64,000 bases of DNA, taken from NCBI RefSeq assembly GCF_963921235.1, contig NC_086101.1, positions 18,910,001-18,974,000 of the forward strand. The letters run 5' to 3'. The notes under the pieces were generated by a model. The model saw only the letters and a program-made list of their open reading frames with translations. It ran no database searches and had not been told where the DNA came from. How positions within the stretch are numbered: position 1 is the first letter of the stretch; each line of letters opens with the position of its first letter. The position numbers and the translations under genes were made by a program. This DNA comes from Mobula hypostoma (lineage: Eukaryota). Shown one piece after another: positions 61,280 through 64,000 of this stretch.

Positions 61280-62494
61280 GCCAGCAGTCACGTCAGGTCT
61301 GAGGGAGGGGAGGGGAGGTCCGAGGGGATGAAAGAACCTCGCGGGAGTGAGGGGTAATTGATAGATGGGGAGGGGGTGTAGGGAGATGAAGACAAGTGGG
61401 TGATAGATGGACATAGGCAAAGAGAAAGGTACGTAGAGGCTGGGGAGGGCGGTATGGGTAGACAGCTAGTGGAGGGTAAGGAGCTGTAACACAAAGCCTA
61501 CCCAGTTATTTCCCTCTCAGTCTCCTCTAGCAGCTGCCTCCAGCCCTTCCCCTCTTGCTTGTCATCCCTCCCTCCCTCAGTCCCCCACAACTTCTCCAGC
61601 CCTTTCCCACCTGCTTGTCGTCCCTTCCTCCTACTCGCCCCTGTCACTCCACTCTCATCTCTCCTCCCTGTACCAGCCATCTCCCCTCTGCCCTCTCACC
61701 CAGATGGTTAATAGACCTGGCGAACAGCAGGGGAAGGTGACTCTCGTTTCTGACCAGTAAGTAACTGTTCACCGAGAATGGATGGGTGGAAGGCGAGAGG
61801 TGGAGAGAAGGTGTATTTCACCGAGGGGTGGGGTGCGTGGAATCTGGGACGCACTGCCCGAGGGGTGGAGGAAGCAGAGACTTTCAGGATGTACAAGTTA
61901 TATTCTGGACGGGACAGAGGATGATGCAGACCCAGTGTGGGTAAATGGGACTAGAACGATAAGGACATGGTTGACACAGACTTGATGGGCTGAAGGGCCT
62001 TCTGTGCTGTGCAATTCCACAGTTGTACGTTATCTACTGATAATGCAAATAAGGAATCTGAGCATGCAGAAAGTTTCAATCTGTATCCAACCTGTAAGAC
62101 CATAAGACCAAGGAGCAGAAGTAGGCCATTTGGCCCACCGAGTCTGCTGCGCCATTTTATCCTATTTAGTCCCACTCCCCCGCCTTCTCACCATAACCTT
62201 TGATGCCCTGGCTACTCAGATACCTATCAATCTCTGCCTTAAATACACCCAATGACTTGGCCTCCACTGCTGCCCGTGGCAACAAATTCCATAGATTCAC
62301 CACCCTCTGGCTAAAAAAATTTCTTCGCATTTCTGTATAATAGTAAAAAAAATTTTGTGCAAGCTTCAGGGCAGTTTGGTGCCAGGGAACAGGCTGTTCT
62401 CCACCTGCACAGTTAAATAAAGCAAGATTGAGGAACGAGTGTGAGCTGTGAAAGTTCAGTGATTTGACAACAACACCAGGGTGATAGGGCACCT

Positions 62495-62782
62495 GTTTTT
62501 ATTTTGAGATACAGGGCAATAGGCCCTTCAAGACCTTCCACCTGCCCAGCAATCCCCAACAAATCTGACTTAACTGTAACCTACTCCCGGGACAGCTTAC
62601 TCCGATCAGTTATCCTGCCCGGTACGTCTTTGGACCTCGGGAGGAAACCGGAGCACCCAGAAAAAACCCAGGCGTTCCACGGGGAGGATGTACAGAGACT
62701 CCTTACGGAGGACACCGCGATTGAACTCCGAACCCCGACGCCCCCAGCTGTGGCCACGTCACGCCAACCGCTACGTAACCGT
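62495..62782 (-). mobile_element. tRNA-derived SINE
   Basis: Minus strand GGTTACGTAGCGGTT...GAGTTCAATC head and the shared GGAGGAAACCGGAGCACC body. Confidence 0.7.
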
Positions 62783-63170
62783 GTCGCCAAATGGGAGCAG
62801 CCCAGGGAGGCGGCTGTTGGTCAGCATGGGGGAAATGGGCTGAAAGGCCTGATTCTGTGCTGTGTTACAGTTGTTGTTGTGTATGGGCGCTCGGGGGAGG
62901 GCTAGTTCAAATACAATGGGCTGAAGGGCCTGTTTCTGCTGGGTTAGTTGCTGGTGTATTTGGATGCTGGGGAGGGGGTCAGAGTGAATACAGTGGGCCA
63001 AAGGGTGTGATTCGATGCTGTGTTGCAGGTACTGAGGTACTGGGGTACTAGGGAGAGGGTCGGTCCGAAAGGCCAGCTTCTGTGTTGTTCAGCTCCGGCA
63101 CTGTGGGATGCTCCCACCGACTGAGCTTGGTGGAACCCCGGTGTCCCCTAACACTGTCTCCCTGTTGCAG

Positions 63171-63271
63171 ACACCTCAGTCCCCTTGCCTGACTCCTACA
63201 GCCCGCAGTACGTGGAGGCCGCCTGGTACCCCTGGTGGGAGCAACAAGGCTTCTTCAAGCCGGAGTATCAG
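63171..63271 (+). CDS. VARS2: VARS2 coding exon 3
   Basis: [34 protein letters not shown]; AG/GT boundaries in frame. Confidence 0.96.
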
Positions 63272-63375
63272 GTGCGTGTGGGGAGGGGCGAGAGGGAGGG
63301 GAGGTCCATGTTGTGGACCCAGGGGCTCGGGGCTTTGAGCTCAGAGAGAACGACTGTGTCCAACTCTGTCCACAG

Positions 63376-63497
63376 GCCCGCCTGTCTCAGCAAGAGGAGA
63401 CCACCTTCGCCCTGTGTATTCCACCGCCCAACGTCACCGGCTCCCTGCACCTGGGTCACGCGCTGACCGTGGCCATCGAAGACGCTGTGGTCCGATG
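63376..63497 (+). CDS. VARS2: VARS2 coding exon 4 (class I HIGH motif)
   Basis: [41 protein letters not shown]; phase-2 donor GTGAGT. Confidence 0.97.
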
Positions 63498-63605
63498 GTG
63501 AGTGTCCGCTCGGACGTACAATAGACAGGTAACAGGCTGTACCTGGGTATCACTGTGTTAATACAACGACCTGGTACCTGGGAACACGGACGAGTCAGAT
63601 GCTCC

Positions 63606-63800
63606 ATAACACCAGGGTATAGTACCTGTTCAGATTGTTTTCTCCATAACACTGGGGTATAGTACTGTTCAGATTGTTTTCTCCATAACACTGGGGAAAC
63701 AGCTCACTGTATAACACTGGGTTACAGTACCTGTGGGAACGTCTCTCTCTGTCTAACACTGGGGTACAGTACCTTTGCAAACCACTCTGCATAACACTGT
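63606..63800. repeat. Degenerate tandem repeat (ATAACACTGGGGTA.AGTAC core), about 6 copies
   Basis: Core recurs near 63606, 63646, 63685, 63711, 63753 and 63791. Confidence 0.7.
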
Positions 63801-63925
63801 GGAGCTCCTGTGCTGCATTCTGCACTATTTGCAAGTGCAGTTTTCCAACTGCTTGGCTGCTCTCACTCTGCTCTGCGCACTGTGACCTGGAGAGTGTTCA
63901 CAGGTCGTGACCTTTTACCTTTCAG

Positions 63926-63992
63926 GCAGCGAATGCGGGGCCGCAAGGTGCTCTGGCTCCCGGGCTGCGACCATGCCGGAATTGCCACACAG
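63926..63992 (+). CDS. VARS2: VARS2 coding exon 5 (gene continues beyond the window)
   Basis: [22 protein letters not shown]; TTTCAG acceptor, GTGAGT donor at 63993. Confidence 0.97.
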
Positions 63993-64000
63993 GTGAGTCG

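Noticed and set aside
59783-61357. Long ORFs of up to 477 aa (e.g. 59898-61331)
   Set aside because: Translations of the stop-poor 55/56-bp minisatellite inside a VARS2 intron.
62810-63090. Four repeats of a TGGGCTGAAGGGCCT-like motif
   Set aside because: Degenerate copies of the common CR1/SINE 3' tail; nothing supports a function.
56081-63992. Cytosolic VARS1 identity
   Set aside because: No GST-like N-terminal extension; the Arg-rich presequence and the FKPEYQARL junction fit VARS2.

Overview
Eukaryotic vertebrate genomic DNA. The repeat repertoire (CR1, Rex1/Babar-type LINEs, Penelope-like elements, Tc1, tRNA-SINEs) suggests a cartilaginous fish, probably a ray; this is inference. Three spliced + strand genes were reconstructed by hand from GT-AG boundaries and reading-frame continuity: (1) an RBM4/lark-family RNA-binding protein (ATG 649, coding exons 649-753, 4810-5116, 12161-12903; 384 aa; 2 RRMs, CCHC knuckle, Ala/Tyr-rich tail); (2) PPP1R11/inhibitor-3 (coding exons 46941-47009, 48727-48835, 52785-52957; 116 aa) with a probable distal non-coding first exon near 34.1 kb; (3) the first five coding exons of mitochondrial valyl-tRNA synthetase VARS2 (from 56081, running off the window). 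PPP1R11 and VARS2 are MHC-region framework genes in mammals. The rest is mostly nested transposons and minisatellites. Most notable observations: a ~250-bp TSD-flanked palindrome carrying two minimal hammerhead ribozyme cores on opposite strands; an RBM4-like gene with an extra intron and rearranged tail beside MHC framework genes; a 3'UTR intron 4 nt after the RBM4 stop with candidate NMD-switch exons; and a DNA transposon with a 6-bp TSD that shares a 31-bp segment with a chimeric hAT element elsewhere in the window. Homology calls rest on recalled protein families, not on database searches.
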